The notes beneath the pieces were generated by a model. The model searched no databases, was not told the origin of the DNA, and saw nothing but the letters and a program-made list of their open reading frames with translations. From positions 1-41,054 of the IMG/VR virus record IMGVR_UViG_3300031150_000003: DNA of 41,054 nucleotides. One strand, written 5' to 3'. Shown here in pieces: positions 1-10,036 of this stretch. The stretch comes from a virus (lineage: Duplodnaviria; Caudoviricetes). The first letter of the stretch is position 1, and each line of letters starts with the position of its first letter. A program made the position numbers and the translations under genes.

Positions 1-3000
1 TCCGGCTGGATGCGCACGGGCCCGATCACGCCGATCCGCTCCTTGGTCGGAATCGGTTGCCCCAGCCAGTCTGGCTTTGGCAGGAGTTGCTGGCGAAAGC
101 CCGGGATGCGCGCCATGATGGCCTCGAGGCTGGAATTGACTTCGCGGACCACGGGGTCCGCCATGGCGGTCGGCTGGCCGATGATGTTCGGCACGAGCGA
201 GCCAGCCATCCGCTGGATGAAGCGCGGCGCGAAGCGCGTGGGATCGCTCATCGCCTCGATCACGTTGGTGATGTCCTCGAGGAAGGTCTTGTTCGTGACG
301 GCGTTGGCGAAGGCCCTGGCGAGGATCTTCGGCAGCTTGTCCTTTTCTTCTTCCGTCATGTGGTCCCAGGCAAGGCTCATGTCGGCCGAGAGGTTCATGA
401 GGGTCCCGATCGGCTCGATCCTGCCGTACTCGTACCACTTGTCGCCGATCCTGATGCTGACCGGCTGCTCGACGCCGGCCTTGCCGCGCTGCTTGCCGGG
501 ATCTGGGCTGCCGCTGCCCGTGATCTGGCCGGCGAACGCGTAGGCCATGGTGAGCGCCATGATCCCCGAGCCCAGCACGACTTCGGCGATCGCGCGGTCG
601 CGCGCAGCGCCCCCCTGGCGGATGTCGGCCCGCCACTCGCCTACCATCGGCGCGAACGGGCTCATGCGCGCGACTTCCTTGGTGATGTTGATCGGCGTGC
701 GGATGAAGGGCAGCATCCACTGCAGGTTCCACTTGGTCACGAAGAGCTGCAGCGCGACACCCTTTTCGCCGAGCGGTGCGTTGAATGTCATGCGGACGGC
801 CGCCTGGCTCGCCGCCGCCGCCATCTCCTCGGTGGGGGCGTCTTTCAGCGCAGTCACGCGCTCGGCAAACTCCCGGGTCAGCGGGTTCAGGCCCTCATCA
901 AATGCCTTGCGGATCGCGAGGCCCGAGAGCTCGCCCCGTTCGTACATCGTCTTGACGAGCACGTCCTCGGCGCCCATCAGGCGGAGCGGGATGCGGATCA
1001 ATTCGCCCGCGCGTCCCGGGATGGCCTCGCGGTAGCTTTCGGTTTTCTGCGTGGCTTCGTCTGCCCTGAAGTTGGCCGCGGCGAGCTTCAAGCCGTCCTG
1101 GATGCCGGACATCATGCCGGTCAGGCGTGCCACTGCCTCGCTCATCGAGGCCCGGCTTGATTCGCCCATGCCTGGGCTTGCGCCGCGCGCCATGCCGATC
1201 ATCGCGGCCAGCACGTCGACCGGGGGCCGCATGAACTGGAAGCTCTCCGTGCCGAAGATGTTGACGGTGTGCGTGACCGGGCCCGAGAGCAGGCTCGCTT
1301 TCCAGGCCTCGACCACCATGTCCCACTTGGTGGCATCGGTCACGCCCTTGGCGAAGACGAGCTGCGCCTTGAGGTCCTTGATGTCGGCGTGCAGGCGCGC
1401 GATGTCGAGCGCGGACTTACCGCCGAAGTGCTGCGCCATGATGGCGTCGAGCCTGAGTTTGAGCGCCGCGGCCTCCTCGGCGGCGTTGCGCGCGGCCGCC
1501 TGGAAGAGCTCGGCCGGACTCCGGGGCGCGCCGGCCGTGATTTCGACCATCTTGTCGACGACGCCCGATTCAGGCGTCATGTCGCGGATCTGGTTCATGG
1601 CGCGCGCAGCCGCGGCCCGCAGGCCCAGGAATTCGGCGTGCGCCATGCGCATGCGGACAATGCTCTGCAGGTAGTCGAACTGGTCCTGGACGGTGGCGTT
1701 GTCGCCTTTTTGCAGCACTTCGTCCCTGAGCTTCAGGCTGTGCTTGACGACTGCGTTCATCACCTTGAAGGCCGCGCGCTGCTTTATGTCGTGCGGAATG
1801 TTGCCTTCGGTTTCCAGGACGATCTTGCCGCCCAAGATGTCCTCGCCTAGTTTGTCGGCCTCGGCGTTCGCCTGCTCCCAGCTCTTGACGCCGTCTTTCC
1901 CGCCGCGGCGCGCCTGGATGTTCTGCTGGTCGAGGTTGGCGACCTGCTGGATGGCGAGCTTCAGGTCCAGCGGCCCGTTGATGTACTGGGCGTTCACCCT
2001 CGAGTCGCGGGTGGGCCCGCTGCCCGGGCCGGCCTGCAGTTCCTCGGCGAAGGGCTCCATGGCCAGTTTCTCGTCCACGAAGCCGGGCTCGGGGGCCTTT
2101 TTCTCGCCTGGCGGCGTGACCACGCGGGCGGCGAGGTCTGCCTTGGCTTCCGGCACGTAGGCCCGCGGGACGTCCAGGGCCCGAGCGTCGGCGATCTCCT
2201 GGTCGGTCGCCAGCATGCGGTCGAGCACACCCCGCAGGTCTGGGTTGATCTCGACGTTCAGGTTCTTGAGTTCCCGGTAGATGTCGAGCAGCCACTGCTT
2301 GAAGCGCTCGAAGACGCCGCGCAGCTCGATCGACGGCGCCTGGCCCTCGCCGAGGTAGCGCTCCCCTGAGCGCGCGAATTGTTCGTGGCTCGCCCGGCTG
2401 ATCTCGCCGGATTCCGGGATGGCGAGTTCGCGCCGCAGGATCTCCCAGTCGGCCTTCAGTTGGGCCGGCGCGTCTGGCCGAGCGGCGTCGATCTTCATTT
2501 CCTCGAGCCAGCTGTGGGTGAGCTCGTGGACGACGGTCGACTTGTCGGCGCCCTGCATGATCGTGATCAGGTTCTCGGCGACCTGGTAGCTGCCGCGATG
2601 CTGCTGGAAGAGCGGCATGCCCTGCAGGGCCTTCTCGCGCAGCTTGGGGGTGATGTCGAAGCCGGGTTGTGAAAGAGTAGGAAAATATCCGTCCAGCTCG
2701 TCGTGAGTAGGAAGCCGTCCTTCGTCTCGGAAGAAACGGCGCTCAAACTCTTGTATCCCCTTCTCGCCTACGCCCTCGTCTATTCGCAGATCTCCGATCT
2801 TCCCGCCGCCCAGCTTCTTCAGCACGTCCTTGGCGACGTTCGGCACGATGCGGTCGTAGAAGGCCGCCATGCCGGTGTCGTCGATCTTCAGGTTCTCGCC
2901 TTCGATCGTGCCGGTCTGGGCTGGGTCGTTCCTGATGCGGTCTGCCATGGACTTTCCGACTGCGTCTGAGAGCGCGTCCTCGCGCTCGGTGGTGTCGACG

Positions 3001-6000
3001 ACCTTATTGCGCCTGCCGCGGCTTTCACCTGGCGCGCCTTGACCACCACCTGGGCGGCCCTCGTGCTTGTACCCGACCAGCTGCACGCCATCCTTGGTCT
3101 TGGTCCACTCGATCGAGTCCACGGCCTTGCGCAGTGCCTCGGTGTAGCGGCTGACCTGCTGCTCGCCGGTCGTCCAAGCGACCCGGTCGAAGCCGTTCTC
3201 GGCGGCGTAGCGGATCATGCGCTTCAGGGTGAGCGCGACCCAGGCGTCGGTCTTGCCGACGAATGGGGCGGCCGGGATCTTCTGTTCTTGCAGTTTGTCG
3301 CGCTCCATGATAAGCGCCGTTTCTTCGCGCTCAAGTTCAGGCGTCCATTTGCCTTGGGCTGGTAATTGGCGCATTTCGGCCAGCCTTGCCTGGACCGCCT
3401 TCAGTCGCTCTGCGTCCGCGAATCCTTCCTTCTTCCCCTTCTGCGCCCAGTCGCTCTGGATCTCCTCGACGAAGAGCACGCGCTTGCCTTCGGCGTCGGT
3501 GCGCTCGTTGAAGCGCACGTGCGCGAGGATGTTCGGCTCGTCAAAATGGGTGCTCCGAAATTCCGGCCCTGGGACACGCTGGAATTCCCGAAGAGCCAAT
3601 TGGTCGAACCTGTCTCGGCCGTTAGGACCGAGCGTTTCGTAATTCTCCCCAGATGCGACAGCAAGTTCTCTTGCCCGAGTTCTGACTTGTTCGAATGTGT
3701 AGTTGACTGCCTCTGTTGCTGGCAGCGTCAGTTTCAGCTCGCGGTAGTTCTCGCCGCCTGGGAGTTGGTACTGGCCGAACTTGGTGGATGGGGCGTCTTT
3801 GGAACCAGCCCAGTACCGCTCGACATTGGTGGCCGCGATCGCTGCTAGTTGGAGAGTTGGATCGTCGTGGGCCCACCGCTCAAGCGTCGCCGCATCGACA
3901 ATATCTCCTGTCTCACGGTCGTGGAATGCAACATTCGATGGATCCTCCGGGTCGACTTCGATACCTATCCCTCGCTTTTCGAGTTCTTGTCGTTCTCTGG
4001 ATATCTCTTTGTCGCTGATGTTTTTTTCACCGGCCCCTCCGGCCATCTTCTCGGTCACCTTCACGCCGTTCTGGCGCAGGAAGGCCGTCACATCTTCCTT
4101 CGAGACCTTGCCTGGCTGCAGGTCGAGCCACTCCTCGATGCCGCTCCACTTGATCTCTTCGGCCCTCACGCCCTTCAGGCCCTTCAGCAGTTCCTTCCAG
4201 CCTTGCGCCGGCGCCTGCTTCATCTTCGCTGCATCGATCTGGCGCTCGAGTTCGGAGTACCACAGCGGGCCTTTGGCGACATCCTGGAACAGCGTGCCTT
4301 GCGTGTTGAACAGATCGGCTTGGTCTACGCGTGGCGGCAGACCCCTGGCGGCACGCTCGGCCGCGGCCTCCGCGGACAGCTTGCGCTTCGCTTGGTTGTC
4401 GGCCTCGAGGTTGCGGGCTTCCAGCTCGGCCGGCGTCTCGGGCTTCAGCTCGAAGGCGTCCAGCGGCCCCTGCTTCAGATCGCCCTCGCGCCCGGTCACG
4501 CCGCCGGGCTTGGCCATCTCGCGCAGCTGCTGGACCAGTTCCGGGTGCAGCGGCCAGTTGTCCCAGAGTTCCTGCTCCTGCCTGAGTTCGATGATCTTCG
4601 CGCGCACGGCCACCGGGTCCTCGACGTTCACGCCCATCTTCTTGGCAATCTCGGGGCGCTTCGATGCCCCAGAGACGGCGGCGATCTGCTCGCCGATCTT
4701 CCTCTGCCGGCTCGAGGCGGCCTTCGCCATGGCGCTCGCCTCGCGCATGGCGCTGTCGTCAAACCCGAAGATGTCGCCCTGGGCCCCCTTCGCCATGCGC
4801 TCGGCGGCCATGAGGTCGACGGCCTTCATGGTGTTCACCGCGACCAGGATCGATTTCCCATCCTGCACCATCGAGACGCCAAGCGCCTGCAGGCGCTCGC
4901 TTCCGGGGGCTGCTGCGCTTACGGCAAGCGCCGCTTCATCGGATAGGAGACCGGCACGATGCGCGGCAAGGAGGTCGCCGCTTGCATCCCTGGCGATGGC
5001 ATACCCGGTTCGGCCCTTTGCGCGCGCCAGAAGTCCGAGCTCGTCGGCTGCCTCTTTCGAGAGACCGGCATCCTTAAAATATTGGGCATAGTCGGCTACG
5101 CTCCCCTGTTCTTCGCGGATGTTGAGTTGGGCATCCAACGTGGCCGCTTTTCGCACGTCGAAGCCTTCTGCTTCCCGGTGGATCTGCGCCGGGATGGTGG
5201 TTTCTCCTGAGCGGCGCGCCAGATCCAGGCGGTGCCGTCCGCTGATCACTTCCATGGCGCCGTTCAGGCGCTCCCAGACCTGGATCGGGCCGACTCCGGT
5301 GCGGTCGAACCGGCCGCCCAGCGGCACCACAACGCCCTCGACGTTCGCCGCGGCCTTGAATTGCGGGACTTCCTTCGAGAGCACCAGGTTGGCGAGCGGC
5401 AGCTCGACGGTGGCCATGCCCTCGACGGCTAGGCGCGGCACGACCGGCGCTGCGATGGGTTCGCCGAAGAGGTCGACTTCCGGCAGTTCGTAGCGCGGCG
5501 CCTCCGGTGGCGCCTCGGCCTCGACTCGGGCGAGTTCGACGGCGCTCGCGTCCTGCACCTGCAGGGGGCGCTCGCGGTAGACGTCCTCGGGCAGCATGCC
5601 GAGGCGCTCGGCCCTGGTGCGCACGCGCGCGCGGACCAGCGCGGCCACGGCCATGGCGTGGTCGTCGCCGAGCGGATCCAGGCCGGCATCCTTCCGGGCC
5701 TGGTCTGCCGCCCGGACCTGTCCAAGCACGTCGTCGTAGACCCGCTGGGCACTCGCCTCCCGGGCCTCCAGCGTGATCCTGACAGGCGCTTCTGCTGCGA
5801 TGCCGAAATGCCGGCCCAGGGCCTCGGGGCGTTCGAGGTTGTTCTTCAGGAACACCCGCTCGGCCCGTTCGGCGTCTGCGAGGCTCTGGCTGGCCGCCTT
5901 GCCTTCCAGTTCGGCGAGGCGTGCCTCTGCCATGGTCCTGGCCCTGGCGGCGCCCTCGGGCGCCAGAACGGCCTCTGGCGGTGCTTCTGCTGGCGCTACC

Positions 6001-7172
6001 GGCGGCTCGCCGGCGGCCAGGCGTGCCTCCAGCTCGGCCACGCGGGCCTTCAGGGCCTGTCGCTCGACCCGCTCGGCGTCGGTCAGGTACTCGGCCGGCC
6101 TGCCCTCGATGGTGATCAGTTGGCCGAAATCGTCGGTCACCGTCCGCGTCGGCGTGCCGCCCGCCTTTTCCTCGAGCGCGCTCAGACGAGCCTGGTCGCG
6201 GAAAAGCGACTCCTGGATCGATGGCATGGCCACGCGGCCGTCGGGTTCACGTGGAACATCGGGCGCTGGGCCTCTGGCCAGCTCGTCGGCCACCTTCACG
6301 TCGGCCTGGGCGTCGGCCACTTGCTCGGCCGGGGTCTTGCCGGTGCGCTCGTAGACGTTGGCGATGCGCTGGGCGGTGGTTTTCAGCGCGCCCATGCGCT
6401 CGAGGCCCATGTGGGCGCCCTTCAGGGTCAGGATCACGCCGGCTGCGTCCACGAATTCCCGGGCTTCTGGCAGGCGGCCGTCGAGCGCGGCCGGGAAGGT
6501 CACCATGGCCGCGATCTGCGCGGCCACGTCGGTTGCACCTGCCGCACGCGCCGCGCCTCGGGTCGCCATGGTCGCCGTGCCAAGGCCAACCGCGGTCGCT
6601 GCCTGGCTCGTCGCGCCCATGGTGGCTGCGAAGGCTCCGCGGGCGGCTGCGCCGGCGCCGAAGGTCACCGCGCCGACTGCGCCCTCGTGGACCATCGCCT
6701 TGGCGGTTTCCCTGACGATGTTGAACCAGTCGTATGGCGTCTGGCCGGCCTGCGCCTTGTAGACTTCCATGAGCGAGGTCCGAATCCCCGCCGGTGCGGC
6801 GAACATGGCCGATCCGCCGCCCACGATGGCGCCCACCGGGCCCGCGACCGCGGCGCCCAGCGCTGCACCCTTCGCGCCGGCCGGGATCATGATCGGCAGG
6901 TCTGCCCCTACGCCGGCCACGCCCGTGGCGAGGCGCTCCCACCAGCGCGAGGTTTCCGGGTTCATGACGAGGTCTGGGAGCTTCCGGCGGTAGGCCAGAC
7001 CGATCGCCGATGCCTGCAGGCCGGCCTCGACGTGCTCGAGAAACCCCACGGGCTCACGCACGGCCGCATTCGTCGGCGCGACTTCCTGCAGGCCCTCGTA
7101 CATGCCAGGCGGTGCCTTGGGCGCCGGCGGCTGCTGGGGTGCGAGTTGCAGGCCCTCGTAGAGGTCGGCCAT
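1..7172 (-). CDS. Giant virion ejection/polyvalent protein (>2390 aa, 3' end outside window) with ParB-like domain, EEIQSD domain and HExxH zincin-like metallopeptidase
   Basis: ATG at 7172 overlaps the upstream stop (TGATG). Segments translated by hand in this frame had no stop, and the frame still reads at the window edge. Starts MADLYEGLQLAP; motifs VISGRHRL (~5230-5250), LFVEEIQSDW (~3450-3475), ADKSTVVHELTHSWLEE (~2500-2550). Missing from the ORF track because no stop lies in the window. Confidence 0.85.
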   Translation of the reverse strand, partial: MADLYEGLQLAPQQPPAPKAPPGMYEGLQEVAPTNAAVREPVGFLEHVEAGLQASAIGLAYRRKLPDLVMNPETSRWWERLATGVAGVGADLPIMIPAGAKGAALGAAVAGPVGAIVGGGSAMFAAPAGIRTSLMEVYKAQAGQTPYDWFNIVRETAKAMVHEGAVGAVTFGAGAAARGAFAATMGATSQAATAVGLGTATMATRGAARAAGATDVAAQIAAMVTFPAALDGRLPEAREFVDAAGVILTLKGAHMGLERMGALKTTAQRIANVYERTGKTPAEQVADAQADVKVADELARGPAPDVPREPDGRVAMPSIQESLFRDQARLSALEEKAGGTPTRTVTDDFGQLITIEGRPAEYLTDAERVERQALKARVAELEARLAAGEPPVAPAEAPPEAVLAPEGAARARTMAEARLAELEGKAASQSLADAERAERVFLKNNLERPEALGRHFGIAAEAPVRITLEAREASAQRVYDDVLGQVRAADQARKDAGLDPLGDDHAMAVAALVRARVRTRAERLGMLPEDVYRERPLQVQDASAVELARVEAEAPPEAPRYELPEVDLFGEPIAAPVVPRLAVEGMATVELPLANLVLSKEVPQFKAAANVEGVVVPLGGRFDRTGVGPIQVWERLNGAMEVISGRHRLDLARRSGETTIPAQIHREAEGFDVRKAATLDAQLNIREEQGSVADYAQYFKDAGLSKEAADELGLLARAKGRTGYAIARDASGDLLAAHRAGLLSDEAALAVSAAAPGSERLQALGVSMVQDGKSILVAVNTMKAVDLMAAERMAKGAQGDIFGFDDSAMREASAMAKAASSRQRKIGEQIAAVSGASKRPEIAKKMGVNVEDPVAVRAKIIELRQEQELWDNWPLHPELVQQLREMAKPGGVTGREGDLKQGPLDAFELKPETPAELEARNLEADNQAKRKLSAEAAAERAARGLPPRVDQADLFNTQGTLFQDVAKGPLWYSELERQIDAAKMKQAPAQGWKELLKGLKGVRAEEIKWSGIEEWLDLQPGKVSKEDVTAFLRQNGVKVTEKMAGGAGEKNISDKEISRERQELEKRGIGIEVDPEDPSNVAFHDRETGDIVDAATLERWAHDDPTLQLAAIAATNVERYWAGSKDAPSTKFGQYQLPGGENYRELKLTLPATEAVNYTFEQVRTRARELAVASGENYETLGPNGRDRFDQLALREFQRVPGPEFRSTHFDEPNILAHVRFNERTDAEGKRVLFVEEIQSDWAQKGKKEGFADAERLKAVQARLAEMRQLPAQGKWTPELEREETALIMERDKLQEQKIPAAPFVGKTDAWVALTLKRMIRYAAENGFDRVAWTTGEQQVSRYTEALRKAVDSIEWTKTKDGVQLVGYKHEGRPGGGQGAPGESRGRRNKVVDTTEREDALSDAVGKSMADRIRNDPAQTGTIEGENLKIDDTGMAAFYDRIVPNVAKDVLKKLGGGKIGDLRIDEGVGEKGIQEFERRFFRDEGRLPTHDELDGYFPTLSQPGFDITPKLREKALQGMPLFQQHRGSYQVAENLITIMQGADKSTVVHELTHSWLEEMKIDAARPDAPAQLKADWEILRRELAIPESGEISRASHEQFARSGERYLGEGQAPSIELRGVFERFKQWLLDIYRELKNLNVEINPDLRGVLDRMLATDQEIADARALDVPRAYVPEAKADLAARVVTPPGEKKAPEPGFVDEKLAMEPFAEELQAGPGSGPTRDSRVNAQYINGPLDLKLAIQQVANLDQQNIQARRGGKDGVKSWEQANAEADKLGEDILGGKIVLETEGNIPHDIKQRAAFKVMNAVVKHSLKLRDEVLQKGDNATVQDQFDYLQSIVRMRMAHAEFLGLRAAAARAMNQIRDMTPESGVVDKMVEITAGAPRSPAELFQAAARNAAEEAAALKLRLDAIMAQHFGGKSALDIARLHADIKDLKAQLVFAKGVTDATKWDMVVEAWKASLLSGPVTHTVNIFGTESFQFMRPPVDVLAAMIGMARGASPGMGESSRASMSEAVARLTGMMSGIQDGLKLAAANFRADEATQKTESYREAIPGRAGELIRIPLRLMGAEDVLVKTMYERGELSGLAIRKAFDEGLNPLTREFAERVTALKDAPTEEMAAAASQAAVRMTFNAPLGEKGVALQLFVTKWNLQWMLPFIRTPINITKEVARMSPFAPMVGEWRADIRQGGAARDRAIAEVVLGSGIMALTMAYAFAGQITGSGSPDPGKQRGKAGVEQPVSIRIGDKWYEYGRIEPIGTLMNLSADMSLAWDHMTEEEKDKLPKILARAFANAVTNKTFLEDITNVIEAMSDPTRFAPRFIQRMAGSLVPNIIGQPTAMADPVVREVNSSLEAIMARIPGFRQQLLPKPDWLGQPIPTKERIGVIGPVRIQP

Positions 7173-10036
7173 CAGCGGGCGCCTTCCAGCTTCTTCAGGA
7201 TGCCGCGGGCGAGCTTCTCGTCAGCCGGCGGCAGGCCGTACTCCAGCGCGCGCTCGATCAGTGCGGCGTCGTAGGCGGTCACGACGCGCGTGCGCTTGAT
7301 GTCGCCCCAGGCCGACAGGACGGCGTCGCGCTCGGGCGGGATGGCCTGGGCGATCGCCTCGCCGGTCTGCACGAACGATCGGTAGCCTTGCACGAACGGG
7401 TAGAAGGCGGCCTTGCCGAGTCCCATGGCCACCTGGCCGAGGCCCTCGAGCAGGCCGAGCCTGCCCTCGATCGCCTGCAGCTGGCGCTCGCGCTCGACGC
7501 CGGCCTTGCGCTTTTCGCCTGCCTTGGCTCGCCCTTCTGCCACGCTCATCGGCTTGTAGATCTCGAAGTCGGCGACTGTTGGCTCCTGCGCTGGCGCGGG
7601 CGCGGCAGCTGCAGCGGGAGCGAGCTTGCCTGTCTCGAGCATTGCGGCTGGCGCTGGTGCTGTGGCGGCCGGCGCCGTTCCATCTGCTGCGGGTGCTGCC
7701 GGTCGGCCCGGGATCACGCGCACCTTGCCGTCGGTGCCGGTGAAGGCCGTCACTTCGGCCGGCAGGGTCTTGAACCAGGCGTCGAGCTTCTCGCGGGTGT
7801 CGATCTCCTTCGGCTGCGCGGCGGGCGGTACCGCAGGCGCCTGTCCGGCGCGCGCGGCGGCGGCGAGCCCTGCGGCCGGGGTCGAGTCGATGTAGGTCTG
7901 CAGGTACTTCGGGCTCACCACCGACTCCGGGGTGTCCAGCATGAACATCGAGCGGACCTTCTCCTGCTGGTTCTGCTTCACGTACTCGTCGACCTTCTTG
8001 CCGACGTCCTCGGCCCAGCGCATCGTCGCCGCGATCTGCCGGTCGGGCTGCGCGGTAAACATGATGTGGGTCTTGAAGAATGTGCCGACCTGCGCCTCGG
8101 CCGAGCGGCGCATCTGGGCGATGCTGCGGCCCCCCGGTGTTTCCGAGCGGTCGATCTCGAGGCGCAGCTGGCCGATCTGCTGGATGCTCAGGCGGTCGGC
8201 GATCTCGGGCTTCACGATCTGCGCGTAAAAGTCGATCTTGCGCGGGTCGCCTGGCTCGAGGTGGATGCGGTTCCACAGCTCGCGGTACATGGCGTCGTCG
8301 CCCTTGTCGTTCGCCCGTAGGTTGTGCTCCATGAGGCGCTCGATCGAAACCTTCGCCTGCGGGTCCATCATCTGCCAGGCTTGGAATAGCTTCGGGTCGG
8401 CCTGGATCTGGGCGAAGCTGGTGATGCCCTTGGTGGGGGCTGCCGCGGCGCCTCCGGTCGGCATGATGCCGCCGGCCGCCTGGCCTCCGAGCCCGGCCAC
8501 GGCGTCGATCAGCATGCCTTGTGCCTGGCGCTGGATGGCGTTCAGCTGCTGCACGTCGCTCGCCACCGCGCTCTGGATCTCGTTCGACATGCGCCGGATG
8601 AAGGCTGCCCGGTCCGGGTTGCCTTGGTCGGTGCCGTACAGGGTGTTGGCGCGTTCCTCGACCTTGAGCAGCATGCGCGGCAGTTGCGCGGCGATGTCGC
8701 GCGAGCTCGGCAGGCCACTCGTATTCTGCGCGACCGGATCCTGGCCGCCCATCTTTACCATGCCGCCCTGCCCCATCTGCTTCACTTCGGCCTCGAGACC
8801 GTCCATGCGCGCCAGCCAGCCGGGCAGGTTCTCGGCCTGCTTGGGATTCTTCGCGGCGATGGCCTTCAGCTGCTCGCGGCGCCTGGCGATCATGGCGATC
8901 GGATCGCCGTTCGTTTCTTCCAGGAGCTTCCGAGCGACTTCGGTGCCCTGCAGGGCGGCTGCGTCCAGCGCCACCAGCGCCGTGGCGGGCGGCAGGCGGT
9001 CGCCCTGAATCGCGTCCCAGTAGCGCTTCTTGTAGATCTCGACGGCCTTCTCGCGGGTGAGCGACTTCACGTCGATGTCTGGGTTCGCCCGCTGGTTGAT
9101 GCCGAAGTTGGCCGGCGCGCCGCTCGCACCATCGGTAGCGACAAACCCACCCTCGCGCCGCAGGAGCGACCCGACCACGTTCTGGAAGGTGCCGGCGCCG
9201 GATGCCGGGGGCGTGGCCTGGCGCACTTCGTCGACCACCTTCTTCGCCTCGAGGTTGGCGCTCACGCCAAGCGCGGCCTCGCGGGTCTGGGCCTGCAGGA
9301 GGAGTTTGACCTTTGGGTCCTTGATCTCCTTCTCGTTCGCCCGGAGCATCGCTTCGGCGAGCATCGGCTGGCTGTAGAGGAGCGCGTGGATGCGGGTTTC
9401 CCACAGGCCGTCGTTCAGTTTGTCTTTGGCGCGCTGGATCTCGTCCTTGTCGGTGACGCCCTTGCCGCGCAGCAGCGCCTCGGTCTGGGCGAAGAGCGTG
9501 TCGCGCGCGCCGGCGAATACCCCTGGATCGGTCGGCATCGCTGCGACCTGGGCGCGCGCGGCGGACTCCGACCCTTGGAACACGGTGGTGGCGTAGGCGT
9601 TCGTCTGCTCTGCGATGTGGGAGAGCGTCTGGTGCTTCACCTGCAGGTCGGTGGCGTCCGCTCGCGTGAGGAACCGTTGGCGCTGCTCGTCGGTCCCGAG
9701 GCCCTCGGCGATCTTCTTCCTGCGGTCCTGAAGGCCCGTGGTCAGCTCGGACAAGATGTTGCCGTTCACTGCGTCGGCGCCTTGGCGGCGCAGCACGCCC
9801 TTCTCTCCCATCGTGGCCTCGAGCGCCGCGTTCTTGTACTGATTCCAGGCGTCCTCGACTTTGGTCGTGTCGACCTTTTCCTGCTCGATCTGGATGGCGC
9901 GCTGCATCTCATCACCCAGCTGCATGACGGCGCCGCCCTCGGCCGAGAGGCCCGAGACCGGCTGGGCGCTAGCGCTGCCGCCGATGAAGCGCGGGATCGG
10001 CCGTTCGGTTGCGCTTGGGTCAGTCAGCCGGGGCAT
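7172..10036 (-). CDS. Internal virion (ejection) protein with GH108-like lysozyme domain
   Basis: 954 aa, helical. Contains LLRREGGF...NFGINQRANP...YKKRYWD...LDAA, typical of glycoside hydrolase 108. Lies after tail tube B and a gp14-like gene. Confidence 0.8.
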   Translation of the reverse strand: MPRLTDPSATERPIPRFIGGSASAQPVSGLSAEGGAVMQLGDEMQRAIQIEQEKVDTTKVEDAWNQYKNAALEATMGEKGVLRRQGADAVNGNILSELTTGLQDRRKKIAEGLGTDEQRQRFLTRADATDLQVKHQTLSHIAEQTNAYATTVFQGSESAARAQVAAMPTDPGVFAGARDTLFAQTEALLRGKGVTDKDEIQRAKDKLNDGLWETRIHALLYSQPMLAEAMLRANEKEIKDPKVKLLLQAQTREAALGVSANLEAKKVVDEVRQATPPASGAGTFQNVVGSLLRREGGFVATDGASGAPANFGINQRANPDIDVKSLTREKAVEIYKKRYWDAIQGDRLPPATALVALDAAALQGTEVARKLLEETNGDPIAMIARRREQLKAIAAKNPKQAENLPGWLARMDGLEAEVKQMGQGGMVKMGGQDPVAQNTSGLPSSRDIAAQLPRMLLKVEERANTLYGTDQGNPDRAAFIRRMSNEIQSAVASDVQQLNAIQRQAQGMLIDAVAGLGGQAAGGIMPTGGAAAAPTKGITSFAQIQADPKLFQAWQMMDPQAKVSIERLMEHNLRANDKGDDAMYRELWNRIHLEPGDPRKIDFYAQIVKPEIADRLSIQQIGQLRLEIDRSETPGGRSIAQMRRSAEAQVGTFFKTHIMFTAQPDRQIAATMRWAEDVGKKVDEYVKQNQQEKVRSMFMLDTPESVVSPKYLQTYIDSTPAAGLAAAARAGQAPAVPPAAQPKEIDTREKLDAWFKTLPAEVTAFTGTDGKVRVIPGRPAAPAADGTAPAATAPAPAAMLETGKLAPAAAAAPAPAQEPTVADFEIYKPMSVAEGRAKAGEKRKAGVERERQLQAIEGRLGLLEGLGQVAMGLGKAAFYPFVQGYRSFVQTGEAIAQAIPPERDAVLSAWGDIKRTRVVTAYDAALIERALEYGLPPADEKLARGILKKLEGAR

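Noticed and set aside
7221-9404. 727-aa Arg/Pro-rich minus-strand ORF inside the ejection protein gene
   Set aside because: Off-frame ORF caused by high GC with low-complexity R/P/G composition. Unlike the nested MTase ORF, it has no recognisable motif.
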